NCBI GenBank assembly: GCA_048213135.1
Contig: PS015236.1
Span: forward strand, 38,742 to 93,392
Direction: 5' to 3'
DNA: 54,651 nt
Origin: Reclinomonas americana ATCC 50394
Taxonomy: Eukaryota
Each line of letters opens with the position of its first letter. The stretch's first letter is position 1. Made by a program: the position numbers and the translations under genes. The notes under the pieces are model-generated. The model did no database searches. It was not told the DNA's origin and saw only the letters and a program-made list of their open reading frames with translations. This document shows positions 26,444 to 36,892 of this stretch, piece after piece.

Positions 26444-27210
26444 ANNNNNNNNNNNNNNNNNNNNNNNNNNNNNNNNNNNNNNNNNNNNNNNNNNNNNNNN
26501 NNNNNNNNNNNNNNNNNNNNNNNNNNNNNNNNNNNNNNNNNNNNNNNNNNNNNNNNNNNNNNNNNNNNNNNNNNNNNNNNNNNNNNNNNNNNNNNNNNNN
26601 NNNNNNNNNNNNNNNNNNNNNNNNNNNNNNNNNNNNNNNNNNNNNNNNNNNNNNNNNNNNNNNNNNNNNNNNNNNNNNNNNNNNNNNNNNNNNNNNNNNN
26701 NNNNNNNNNNNNNNNNNNNNNNNNNNNNNNNNNNNNNNNNNNNNNNNNNNNNNNNNNNNNNNNNNNNNNNNNNNNNNNNNNNNNNNNNNNNNNNNNNNNN
26801 NNNNNNNNNNNNNNNNNNNNNNNNNNNNNNNGTGCTCGTGTCTCATTGTCGTGTGTCTGTGCGCGTGCGCGTGCGCCTGCTGCTTATCGTGCATGCGTGG
26901 CAACGTCATATTGCGCGCATGTGCGTGTGTGTGTGTCTTCGCGTTCCGACTTGCATTGTGTTCGTCTGTCGAGAGAGTGTGTGCGCTTGTTATAGTCGCT
27001 CGACGCGCAAGAGTGTATGATGGGGAGAGAGAGATAGAGAGAGAGGAATGCGTGTCGGGAGAGAGGAATCGATTTGGTTTGCGTCTACTTACTTTTTTGC
27101 GGTCATTGCTGCAGAGCGTCCCGTGTGACGCGGTAGAGATCGAGGCGCGCGTGTGTGTGTGGGTGTGTGAGTGCGAGCAGCAGCACAAGCAGCAGCAGCA
27201 GTACGAAAAA

Positions 27211-28215
27211 ATGTCGGATGATGACGATGTTCCGCGGCGGATCACTGGTGGTCGGCGGAAGATTGAGATCAAGTACATTGAGGATAAGAGCAGGCGACAC
27301 ATTACGTTCAGCAAGAGAAAGGCCGGTATCATGAAGAAGGTGTGTGTGTGTGTTGGGGGGTGCTGCATTTGCGTATGTGTGCGGGGACGCGATGTTTACG
27401 TGTGCTGCACGCCAGGCGTACGAGCTGAGCACACTCACTGGCACGCAAGTGTTGCTGTTGGTGGCCTCGGACACGGGTCATGTTGCGTCGTGTTGTCGTC
27501 GTGTTTTTTTTTTCGATCGTCCGCCAGTCGTCTGACGAGCTGCTGTAAAGGTGTACACGTATGCCACACCCAAATTGCAGCCGCTCATCTCGACCACCGA
27601 CGGCAAGACTTTGATCCAGGAGGCCCTCAGCACACCTGAAAACGGTGGTGCGGGTGCGAGTGGCAGCGGTGTGCGAGGAACCATACATCAGCACATCAGT
27701 AGCGGTGGTGGTGGTGGTGGCGGCGGCGGTGGTGTTGGTGTTGGTGTCGGTGTCGGTGGTGGAAGTGATGAAGAGGACGCACACGACATTGACGAGGGCG
27801 GCGGTGACGAAGAGGAGATGATTGACGACGACGATGCGGATTACGTTGAGTACACAGTGGCTTCGTGATGCTCGTGTTTGCCTGTGTTTGTCTCACCCGT
27901 CAAGTGCGTGCAGGAACCGGCAACCCATCGACGAGAACCTGCTGGCAGGGGCGGCAAGCAGGGTCGTCGGCAACAGCAGCCGCAACCTGCTGTACCGCCA
28001 GCGCCGGTCGCTGTGAAACTGCAGCCGCAGTCGTCGCAACAAACGCAGTCAGCGACACAAGCACAATCGGCGGCCGCTGCTGGTGCGTTCGGGGGCGCTG
28101 GTGCCGCTGGCGGTGGCGACATGCACAATCTTGAGCAAATGATGCTGTATCAATCGGCGATGCAACAGCAGCAGCAACAGCAACAGCAACACCAGCAACA
28201 ACAGCAGCAATTGCA

Positions 28216-28246
<31 letters not shown>

Positions 28247-30082
28247 CAACAACAACAACAACAGCAACACCAGCAGCAGCAGCAGCAATATGCACAGCAG
28301 TTGCAGCAAATGGGCATGAAGAACATGGCAGTGCCGGAGATGATGTATGCGGGAGCGGTGCGTTGCCTCTGCTGTCGTGCTGTCGTTGAGGTTGACCCTG
28401 ACTGACATTGTATTGCAAACAAAAATTAGGCATACGGGGCCAGTCCAGCTGCGCTGCCGGCACTTCGACCCGGTATGCAGGCAGGCATGGATCAGTACAG
28501 CGCGCAGCAAATGGCGTCGCCAAACATGCAACAACTACTGCTTCAGCGTCAGCAGGATCAGCTGATGCAAATGATGCGGTCGCAGCAAGTGCCACAACAG
28601 CAGCAGCAGCAGCAACCACAGCAGCAGCAGCAGCAGCCTCAGCAACAGCCGCAGTCGCAGCAGGCGGCTGGCATGTACGCCACACCCGCTGCCATGTACG
28701 GCCAGCAGCTGCCGTCGCTCGGTGGAGGTGGTGCCGCCGGTAGCACTGGCGCGATGACCATGTTGCCGTCGCTCGGGTCACCCACCGGCGCCGGCTACGG
28801 TGCCCCATCACTACCGCCGTTTGTGCAAGGTGGCATGGCTATGATGCCGGGCCATCACATGCAACAACAACAGCAGGCGCAGCAAGCAGCGCAGCAGCAG
28901 CAGCAGCAGCTCCAACAACTGCAGCTACAACAGCAACAACAGCAGCAGCAACAGCTCCAACAACAGCTCCAACAACTGCAGCAGCCGCAGCATGAGGTGT
29001 GCTTCCTCTCTCTCGCCCTCTCGGCCTCCACACCGAACAAGACCGTGGCTGTGGCGTGGAACTCGGCGTCACCCCGATTGCTGGCCGTCGGATCGGCCAC
29101 CAGCGTCAGCATTATCGACGTGTTGAACAACACGGAACTGCTGTCGTTGCAGACGCTGATCAATTTGCGCTCTCTGGCGTGGACGCCTGACGGCACCCGC
29201 CTGGTGTTTGGCGGCAGCGCATGGAGCGGTCCACCAAGCGAGCATCTGGTGGTGTGGGACGGCAACAGCGGCGCCCTGCTCGGTTCGCTCAAGGGCGACC
29301 TCACTGCCGAGTGCACGGCTGTGGTTGTGTCGCCGCGTGAGCCGAATGTGGTGGCCTCGGCGTGTGGCCCCACTATCCGTCTGTGGTCGCTGGCAGAGCG
29401 TGTGTGCAAGTGGACGCTGGCCGGACAGCACACAGGCACGGTGCGTGGTCTGCAGTTCGCCCCCGACGGCAGCTGCTTGCTGTCGTCCGCCGATGACGCC
29501 ACTGCCGTGGTGTGGTCGCTGGAGACGCCACAGGTGTTGTCGACACTGCGCGGCCACCGTGGCCCGGTGCTCGATGTGGCGTGGAGTCCAGGAGGCCGCC
29601 GCGCGGCCACGGCGTCAGCCGACGGCTCGGCCCGCATTTGGGATCTGACGCAGCAGGCCACGGTGCACGTACTAGAGGAGCCGATGTTGTCGCAGAATGT
29701 GGCTGTGATTGGCGTCTCGTGGAGCCCATGTGACACAATGGTGGTCACGTCGTCGGCTTCGGGTGCCGTGCGTTGCTGGAGTGTCGAATCCGGTGCCGCG
29801 CTCTGCTGTATCGCCGACGGTACGCAGCCGTTCATGGAGCTGTGCCCTGTGCGATGGAACGTGGATGGTTCGCGTTTCGCGTTTGGCACCAGCAAGGACG
29901 TGCGTGTGTACCTCGACAGGCCCACCGAGTTGCAGTCTGAGCTGCGAAGTCTAGACACGGCGCACCAGGTGCTCGCGCAAGTGCTGCCAGCTCGATTGGC
30001 CCGTGTCGCATTGCTGGCCCTCAAGACCGTGCACGGGGATACTGTAGACAAGTTGAGGCGATTGTTGGCTGGTGCTTTGTAG
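27211..30082 (+). CDS. SRF/Mcm1-type MADS-box transcription factor with Q-rich region, continuing in frame into a WD40 beta-propeller
   Basis: GRRKIEIKYIEDKSRRHITFSKRKAGIMKK|AYELSTLTGTQVLLLVASDTGH|VYTYATPKLQPLI. Introns start at 27340, 27482, 27845 and 28358. The last exon (AYGASP...) is open through polyQ and GH...WD repeats to TAG 30080-30082. Confidence 0.8.
28163..28990 (+). repeat. CAG/CAA polyglutamine-coding tracts
   Basis: Runs at ~28163-28290, 28595-28645 and 28861-28990. Confidence 0.9.
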
Positions 30083-30291
30083 TAATAGTGTGTTCTTTTC
30101 CCGCTCTCCTTTTCTGCTCTCCTTCAAAACGCTGCCGCCAGCTCCGTCTTGGTTTCGTTTTTCTTTTTTCCCGCTCTCCTCGGCACCCAATCTGTTTACC
30201 AAACTTTCGCGTATTGAGAAACTGCTGCATAAATGGCTTGCATTCTATGTGTGATTGACTACCTCTTCTACTACTACGCGTCCAACGACTG

Positions 30292-31447
30292 CTAGAACGT
30301 GTCGGCGGCCGGCGCCAAGACGCTGCGCAGTGTCTCCGGTGTGCGACCGGTGATCTCGCGAATCTTGCCAGACGGCGGCGGTCCCTGGCCGGCGCCGAAC
30401 GTGGCCAGCAGCTCCACGGCCCCGGCTGCCTGCCACTTGGGCATACCGAGCCCCTGGAAAAAGTCGATGAGTTCGTCCTGATCGGCACTCGCGTCCACGT
30501 ACTGGTACGTGTTGCCCTGACGCGAAAGTTCCGTGAACACTGCTGCAATGTCGGCGCCACTCAGCCGCTGGTCGGCGGTGAGAATATACACCGCATTCTG
30601 GTACGGCGACCGATCCTCGGCCGTGGCAATGGTGGCCATCACCTGACCAATATCTGCACGCGTACGTGTACGAGCAACAGGTAAATCAATGTGCTGCAGG
30701 CTTCCCCCCCGCAACGCATGCGACCCACTCACCGACCACCGACACACCGCAGTACCAGCCGTCCTCTCCGAACGGCAACGCCACCTTCTTGGTCTCTCGC
30801 ACGCGAGGGATGAGGGCGAGGAAGTTCTCCAGGAAAAAGTCAAGCTGCAGAATCGTATACTGCAACCCAGAAGACTTGAGGGTGCTTTCGACCTTGGCAA
30901 ACTGGCGCTGATACAAGGTGGTATTGCGCTCGCTGGCATACGGCACCGATATCAGAATCACATGTTGCACGTTCTCTGCACGCTTGGCGCCCTCGATATA
31001 ATGCTCCGCCACGACGGCTCGATCCTCGGAGCCCTGTACCAGCACGCATGCGCGCGTCAGACGAGGGTGATGCGGAAGCGAATCGCGCAGCATGCAAATA
31101 TTAATCGGACGCAAGGGAATTCGAATTAATGCTCAACTGGAGGAATCACGACGACGACCTCGGCATCGCCAATGGCACGGTCGACTGCCTGCGGATCGTT
31201 GTGGTCGACGACCTCTACCACTTGCGCTCGCGGGTGCGTGCGATGGATAGATTCCTTCTCACGGTGACGGGTCGCGACTGTCACTTGCGCGTTGCGGTTC
31301 ATCGACAGCAGCTGCAGGAAGGGGACGCCGACATTGCCCGTGGCTCCGTTGACAAAGACTGGGGTTGCAAACTGCAGTGAGACAAGGTGCTGGATGTGGA
31401 GGTGTGGCGCACATGCACACACACACCCGTACTCAACTCTTCACCAT
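30292..31447 (-). CDS. NmrA-like NAD(P)-binding protein (atypical SDR)
   Basis: M|FATPVFVNGATGNVGVPFLQLL; EGAKRAENVQHVILIS; VESTLKSSGLQYTILQLDFFLEN; IREITGRTPETL; TAG at 30292. Confidence 0.85.
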
Positions 31448-31675
31448 GTTGTTGAATCTGCGACGATGCACTTGTCAGTACCACTCGTGCATTTTTTGCA
31501 TCTGGAGGCCCTCTTTTGGACAGAGAGTTGGAAGGTGATAGAAAGGCTTTGTTCTTCTTTATGATGCTGACGACGACGACAAGGGAGGGGGAAAGATGCA
31601 GGAGTATGTACAGACTGCAAAGGAGGGCGGCGGTCGGGGGGTTCTTGACACGCGCGAACATGCAGATGCGTATGA

Positions 31676-34600
31676 TTATAGCTGACTGGCTGGCGGGTAC
31701 CGCGACAACACAGATCTGCAGTAGAAGTAGTAGAGGAGGGAGTGTGAGACATATGCGCACACAACGCACGAAGACACAGGTGCGACGAAACGGTGCAGCG
31801 GGGCTCGACGCGGCGCCCGCGGCGGCAGCTGACGCCGCCGGTGAGTTGCCGCCCTGAACAGGCGGTGGCGGAACCAAAATGGGTCGCGAGAGCACCGATG
31901 GCGACGCGGCTCGTGTGCCCTCGGCTCGTGCCTGTACGAGTGCCAAGCGGCGTGAGCAGACATGCACGAATAGAGAGCGGGAAAGCCGCAAGCTCACCGG
32001 TCCTTGTGACTGACTGCGGGAGCGCTGATCCTCCGTCGCCTTCCCTTCGTCGACAAAGCCACGGGCCGCCAGAGCGGTCGGTGACAAGCTGAGTGCGGAT
32101 CCACCCATGAACATTTCGCGCTTGGCCTGGAACGACTCGCTGCGAGTGGAATGCCACATGTGAGACGAACAGCACGCGGATGGAGAGACCGATGTGCATC
32201 ATCATTATCTCCTACCGTTGACCAAGGACGAGCTTGTGCAACGGCACTGCACCGGAGCTGTCGCGATTCTCCAGCACGCCGACAGGACGCGGCAGCGCAG
32301 GTGCGACAGGCGGCGGAGGAGCGGAGCGCTGCGGTGCCGGAAGAGCCGTGGCCGCTGGCACGCGAACGGCGGGTGCCGGCGGCGCCGGGGTGGCCTGTGC
32401 CGGCGCACTGTAACAACAAACACGTACCATTGTCAATATACAAACACAGAAGCATTTTGTGGAGGGAGAGGAGATAGATAGACGCACGGTTCTTCAGCCG
32501 GCGGCTCGTCGAACTCGAGGTACGTCTGGTGCGTTGGCGCCGTGAACACGACTGGCTGCGAGCGCGGTGCCGGCATGGACGCCGAGGGCGGAGGCGGGGG
32601 AGTGGCGGCGGCAGCCTGCTCACATCACAGACGCAACGTTAGAATCATCATGGTATAGGCGCAGGCAGAGGCAGGGGGAGAGAGAGAGAGGAAGAGAGAG
32701 TCACCTTGGCTGCCTCGAAAATGGCACGACGGTCGAGAGACACAGACTCGCGGGCACGGCTGACATTGAGACGGCGGTNNNNNNNNNNNNNNNNNNNNAC
32801 TCGCGCTGGTGACGCTCCTCTTCCGACAGCTTGCGCGGTCGGAACAACGCCTTCTACTCAGCCGCCACACAAGTGTTGAGCACAAGATACGCCTCTGTTT
32901 TCCCCCCTGACAGCGGTGGTCACGTAACGACACGGTCTGGCCACTTGATGAAAACGACGATGAGCGCCAGCAGAATCAGGAAGAGCATGAAGGAGCCGAC
33001 GACAGCCGCCGTGACCTTGCCGGGGGTGATCTGCGACGCGGAGGAAAGAAATGTCGGCAAAACACCGGAGAGAACGACTGTGACGGAGGGCAGCCTTGGC
33101 ACGCAACCGAGCGGTCCACAACCGGCGCGCCGATCACAATCAGCGCCTTCTGGCTGCGATTGGAGAAGTTGTTGTTGCGGGTGCTGCCGTACACAAAGGT
33201 GCCGCGGGTCGACAGATTGATCAGGTTGCCGTCCTGATAGGTGCCGGCATCGTCGAGTTCGCTTGTCTCGCCACCAAACTGCGGATTGTTGGACAGCAGT
33301 GCGTATCGGCGGGCAATCAACTGTGGCAACACCCCGCGGTGAGTCGGACCGCGTGTCAAGCCGCGACACCCACAACGCCACACAAACCTGCTTGCCAGCA
33401 ACATTGCTTGCGTTGTACATCTTCCAGAGCGTGGAGTTGGAGAGCGGCATCGGGTAGTTGTGACCGAGGGTGGGATACTCGAGGAAGTTGCTGCGGTCGG
33501 TGCCCGCCTGCCCCTGACCGTCGTTTCCGTTGGGATTGGTGTTCGAGCCGGTCCACTGCAAGTGCACCCAGTCGCCGAGGCCAGCATCGAGCTTGTTGGG
33601 CACAAAGTCGTACTCCACCGCCGGATACACTTGCACAATGTTGCCGCGCTTGCCGCGAATCTGCACGTTGAGGATGCGGTCACTCGGGCCCACATCACTC
33701 GGTCGCGGCCGAATGGCGAACACGTGCGAGCGATCCTGGAACGTGCGTCCGTACTGCGCCACATTGATGGCCAACTGGAGCGGCACACCGAGACCAAAGT
33801 CGACTTTCGGGTTGTTCACCAGGTTCACCAGCTGACCGGTGCTGTTGCCGCCGTTGTTCATGGCCAGCGGGTACTGGGCAATCGGGTAAATGTTCTGCGT
33901 CGAGTCCACCGTCCACCACTCGAAGCCAGTGTAGGTGACGTTGCTCGAGTTGGGGAAGGTCGACTGCTGGTACCGCACATCGGAGGTGGTGATGTTGTAG
34001 CGGAGGCGGAACGTGCACCGCTCGGAGATGATGTCGCTCGGCACTTGCCACGTGAGCGAGCACATTTCCGCACCATAGTCGTTGACACCACCCGGACCTG
34101 AAGTCCGCCTCACTTGAGAAATAGAGCGGGGGGGGGGGGGGGAACAACATGCGCGCGCACACACACACTCACCACGCGTGTTGCCGAGGTGATTGTCGCG
34201 CGTCCAGCAGTTGGGCAGGCACTGCGGCGCCGCAATGCCAAACTTGCCACTCATGGTCCACTGCCCCATGTTGGCCTTGCAGTCGACCTCGTTGTTGTAC
34301 TTGGCCAGCGAGCAGCTGCCCTTGTCGACGACATTCTGGCTCTGCGACTGGTAAATCGGGCACAGACGACTCATGTCGTTGGTGTCGACCATGACAGCAA
34401 TGTCGCGCCATGGCGTCGGGTGCCAGTACGGGTAGTAATCGCGTTCCTCGGAGCACTCAAAGCCGTAACGCGTGGCGCCAGGGTTCTGGCGCGTGCGAGT
34501 GGCGCTCGGGTTGTTGCCAATCGCGTTGCGGTTGGGAGCCCAGAGTCCATTGTTGCGACTGCGCAGCTGGCACTGCTGGTAGTAATTGTAGGTCTCATGC

Positions 34601-35623
34601 TGACCAAACTGAATGCTCTGCGACGCCTGCGCATTGTTGGGAATCGTCGATGTCACCGTGCCGTCACTGCCCAGAGAGAGAGAGAGAGGGATGAGAGAGG
34701 CACACACAGTCGCCGGGGTATGTGATGAAGCGCACCGCAGGCCGGGTGCGGTGTCATCGCACATGTACTGGAAGACCAACTGGCAGTGCAAGTTGGGATT
34801 GCCGCACCCGTGCTGCATGGTCCACTCTGCACGCCAGCGAGTGTGTGTGAGACAGAGAGACAGAGAGAGGAAGAGTGAGAGCACAACGCACCAAGATGCA
34901 CTTGGCTGCCGGCATAGTAGTACGTCGAACCGACATTGTAGCTGCGACAAGCAGGCTCAGTGAGACACACACACAGAGAGAGTGAGAGTGAGAGAGCACA
35001 CGCACCCGCCCTTCTGATTGTTCTGCGAGTCAAACAACCTGTGTGTGCGTGCGTGTGTGTGTGTGAGTTTGTGTTAAGAGAGAGGGAGGGGAGAAACACG
35101 CGTTCACCGGTTGGCATTCCGCCTGTTGTTATCGGCCTCGTCGAGGCGATTGTTGGAGCCTGTTGCGAGAAGGTTATTATATATTGACGAGGCACAGGCT
35201 GCACCCGACATCATTATTTCTCCTCTCTCTCCCCTCTCGTTACACGCACACACAGAGAGATACACACATTCACACACGCGCGCACATTCTCTCACTTTGC
35301 TGTGTGTGAGAAGAATGGGGGCATTATGTGCGCGTTGCGAGTGTTGACCTTTTATGGTCATGTCGCAGGTTTCTGGACACTCTTCACCCCCTCTCTTCCT
35401 CATCACCCACACACACTCTCACTCTCACTCTCTCGCACACACACACACACACACGCGCGCATTACATACCTCGTGGATTGTGCAACTGTTGTTCATTCAC
35501 AAGTCAGCACTCGCACACAGCAAAGGAATTCGTGGCCAGAGACGCAACGTAGACATCAGCCAAGACTACAGTGACTGTGTAGCACAGCAACAAGGCTGCC
35601 ACAAGCAGCGTCGCTCGCCGCAT
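31676..35623 (-). CDS. DD3-3-like single-pass membrane protein with Pro-rich cytoplasmic tail
   Basis: Signal peptide MRRATLLVAALLLCYTVTVVLA. Family motifs DVY|LHNPR|GSNNRL, RLFDSQNN, EWTMQHGCG, ECSEERDYYPYWHPTPWRDIA, RDNHLGN, RLRYNITT, GRTFQDRSH, RGKRGNIVQVYPAVEYDFVP and TRNNNFSNRSQK. TM helix near 32950-33020. Tail exons are less certain. Confidence 0.85.
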
Positions 35624-35686
35624 TCACAACACAAGACAATCCAGTGCGAGCATCACATTGATTGCATTGGCATTGTCATCGTATCA
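35624..35686. promoter_or_regulatory. Putative minimal bidirectional promoter (63 bp between divergent ATGs)
   Basis: Lies between the DD3-3 ATG (35623, -) and the WD40 ATG (35687, +). Confidence 0.5.
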
Positions 35687-36847
35687 ATGGGTTCGACAAG
35701 GTCCGTCTCTCATGTCTTCCCTCCCTCCCTTCCCCTCACTCACCCACCCCGCCTCTGCAGTTCCCTCGCTTCAGCCTCTCGGCCAGTGGCACCTGTGATG
35801 ACACTGGAGTACCGCGGCCGCGGAGAGGGCCTTGCGGTGACACCCGACGGGCGGTTTGTGATTGGCGGAGGCGGACTCACCAACCTGCTGCTGGTGTGGT
35901 CACTGGCCACTGGCAGGATCGCGTGTGAGGGCGAGGGGCACACGGCGTTTGTGCATGCCGTGGCGGTGACGTGCGATGGACAGCATGCGGTCAGTGCGGC
36001 GTATGATAACTCGGTGCGAGTGTGGTCGCTGCAAGATGGTGCGAGGCAGGTGCAACGCTTCGAGATCAGTGCCGTGTCGGTTGCGGTGACGCCTGATGGG
36101 CAGCATGTGCTGGCGGGAACGGGGAACATGGTGGTGGAGGTGTGGTCGCTGGCCAGTGGTCGTCATGTGCGGCGACTGGTGGGGCACACGGCGCTGGTGT
36201 CGGCGGTGGCTGCGACGCCTGATGGGCAGCTCGTGGTCAGTGGCAGTTGGGACACAACTGTGCGCGTGTGGTCGCTGGGCAGTGGCGATGAAGTGCGGCG
36301 GCTGGAGGGTCATACCGGTTGCGTGACCGACGTGGCTGTGTCGCCCACTGGCCTCTCCATTGTCAGCGGCAGCCGCGACTTGACGGTACGCGTCTGGTTG
36401 CTGGAGAGCGGTGAAGAGATTCGCCGCTTTGTCGGGCACACGTACTGGGTGACCTCGGTGAGCATGGCTCCAGACTGCCAGCATGTGGTCAGTGGCAGTC
36501 GCGACATGTCGGTGCGAGTGTGGTCGATGGGCACCGGCAAGGAGGTGCAGCGTCTCGACGGACACTCTCGCGATGTGTCGGACGTCGCAATCACCCCCGA
36601 TGGACAGTACATTATCAGTGGCGCCTACGACCGCACCGCACGCGTGTGGCGCATGCCTTCCACTGATTCCTGGCAGCACAACGAAGTGGTGGCGGCCACG
36701 CACGCAGTCGAGGCTGTGCAGGAGGAACTGGAGAGGCGATGCGACGAGATCGACAGCCGGTGGTGCTTGGTCGAGGTGGTGTTGCGGTGCTTTGTGCTGG
36801 AAGAGGCCCGGCTGGTTGTGCTTCGCGGCCCCTCACTGTCGTGGTGA
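35687..36847 (+). CDS. WD40-repeat protein (~7 self-similar repeats) with C-terminal helical tail; MGSTSS myristoylation-like start
   Basis: One intron (35701-35760). Repeats of GHTxxVxxVAVTPDGQxVVSGSxDxTVRVWSL. TGA at 36845-36847. Confidence 0.9.
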   Translation: MGSTRSVSHVFPPSLPLTHPPRLCSSLASASRPVAPVMTLEYRGRGEGLAVTPDGRFVIGGGGLTNLLLVWSLATGRIACEGEGHTAFVHAVAVTCDGQHAVSAAYDNSVRVWSLQDGARQVQRFEISAVSVAVTPDGQHVLAGTGNMVVEVWSLASGRHVRRLVGHTALVSAVAATPDGQLVVSGSWDTTVRVWSLGSGDEVRRLEGHTGCVTDVAVSPTGLSIVSGSRDLTVRVWLLESGEEIRRFVGHTYWVTSVSMAPDCQHVVSGSRDMSVRVWSMGTGKEVQRLDGHSRDVSDVAITPDGQYIISGAYDRTARVWRMPSTDSWQHNEVVAATHAVEAVQEELERRCDEIDSRWCLVEVVLRCFVLEEARLVVLRGPSLSW

Positions 36848-36892
36848 GCCACTCACGGGAATTAGAGTCTCCTATGTATTTACGATGGACCA

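Noticed and set aside
27900-30051. Antisense poly-Cys/Leu/Ala ORFs and antisense ORFs over WD40 genes
   Set aside because: Shadows of CAG repeats and GC-rich coding sequence.
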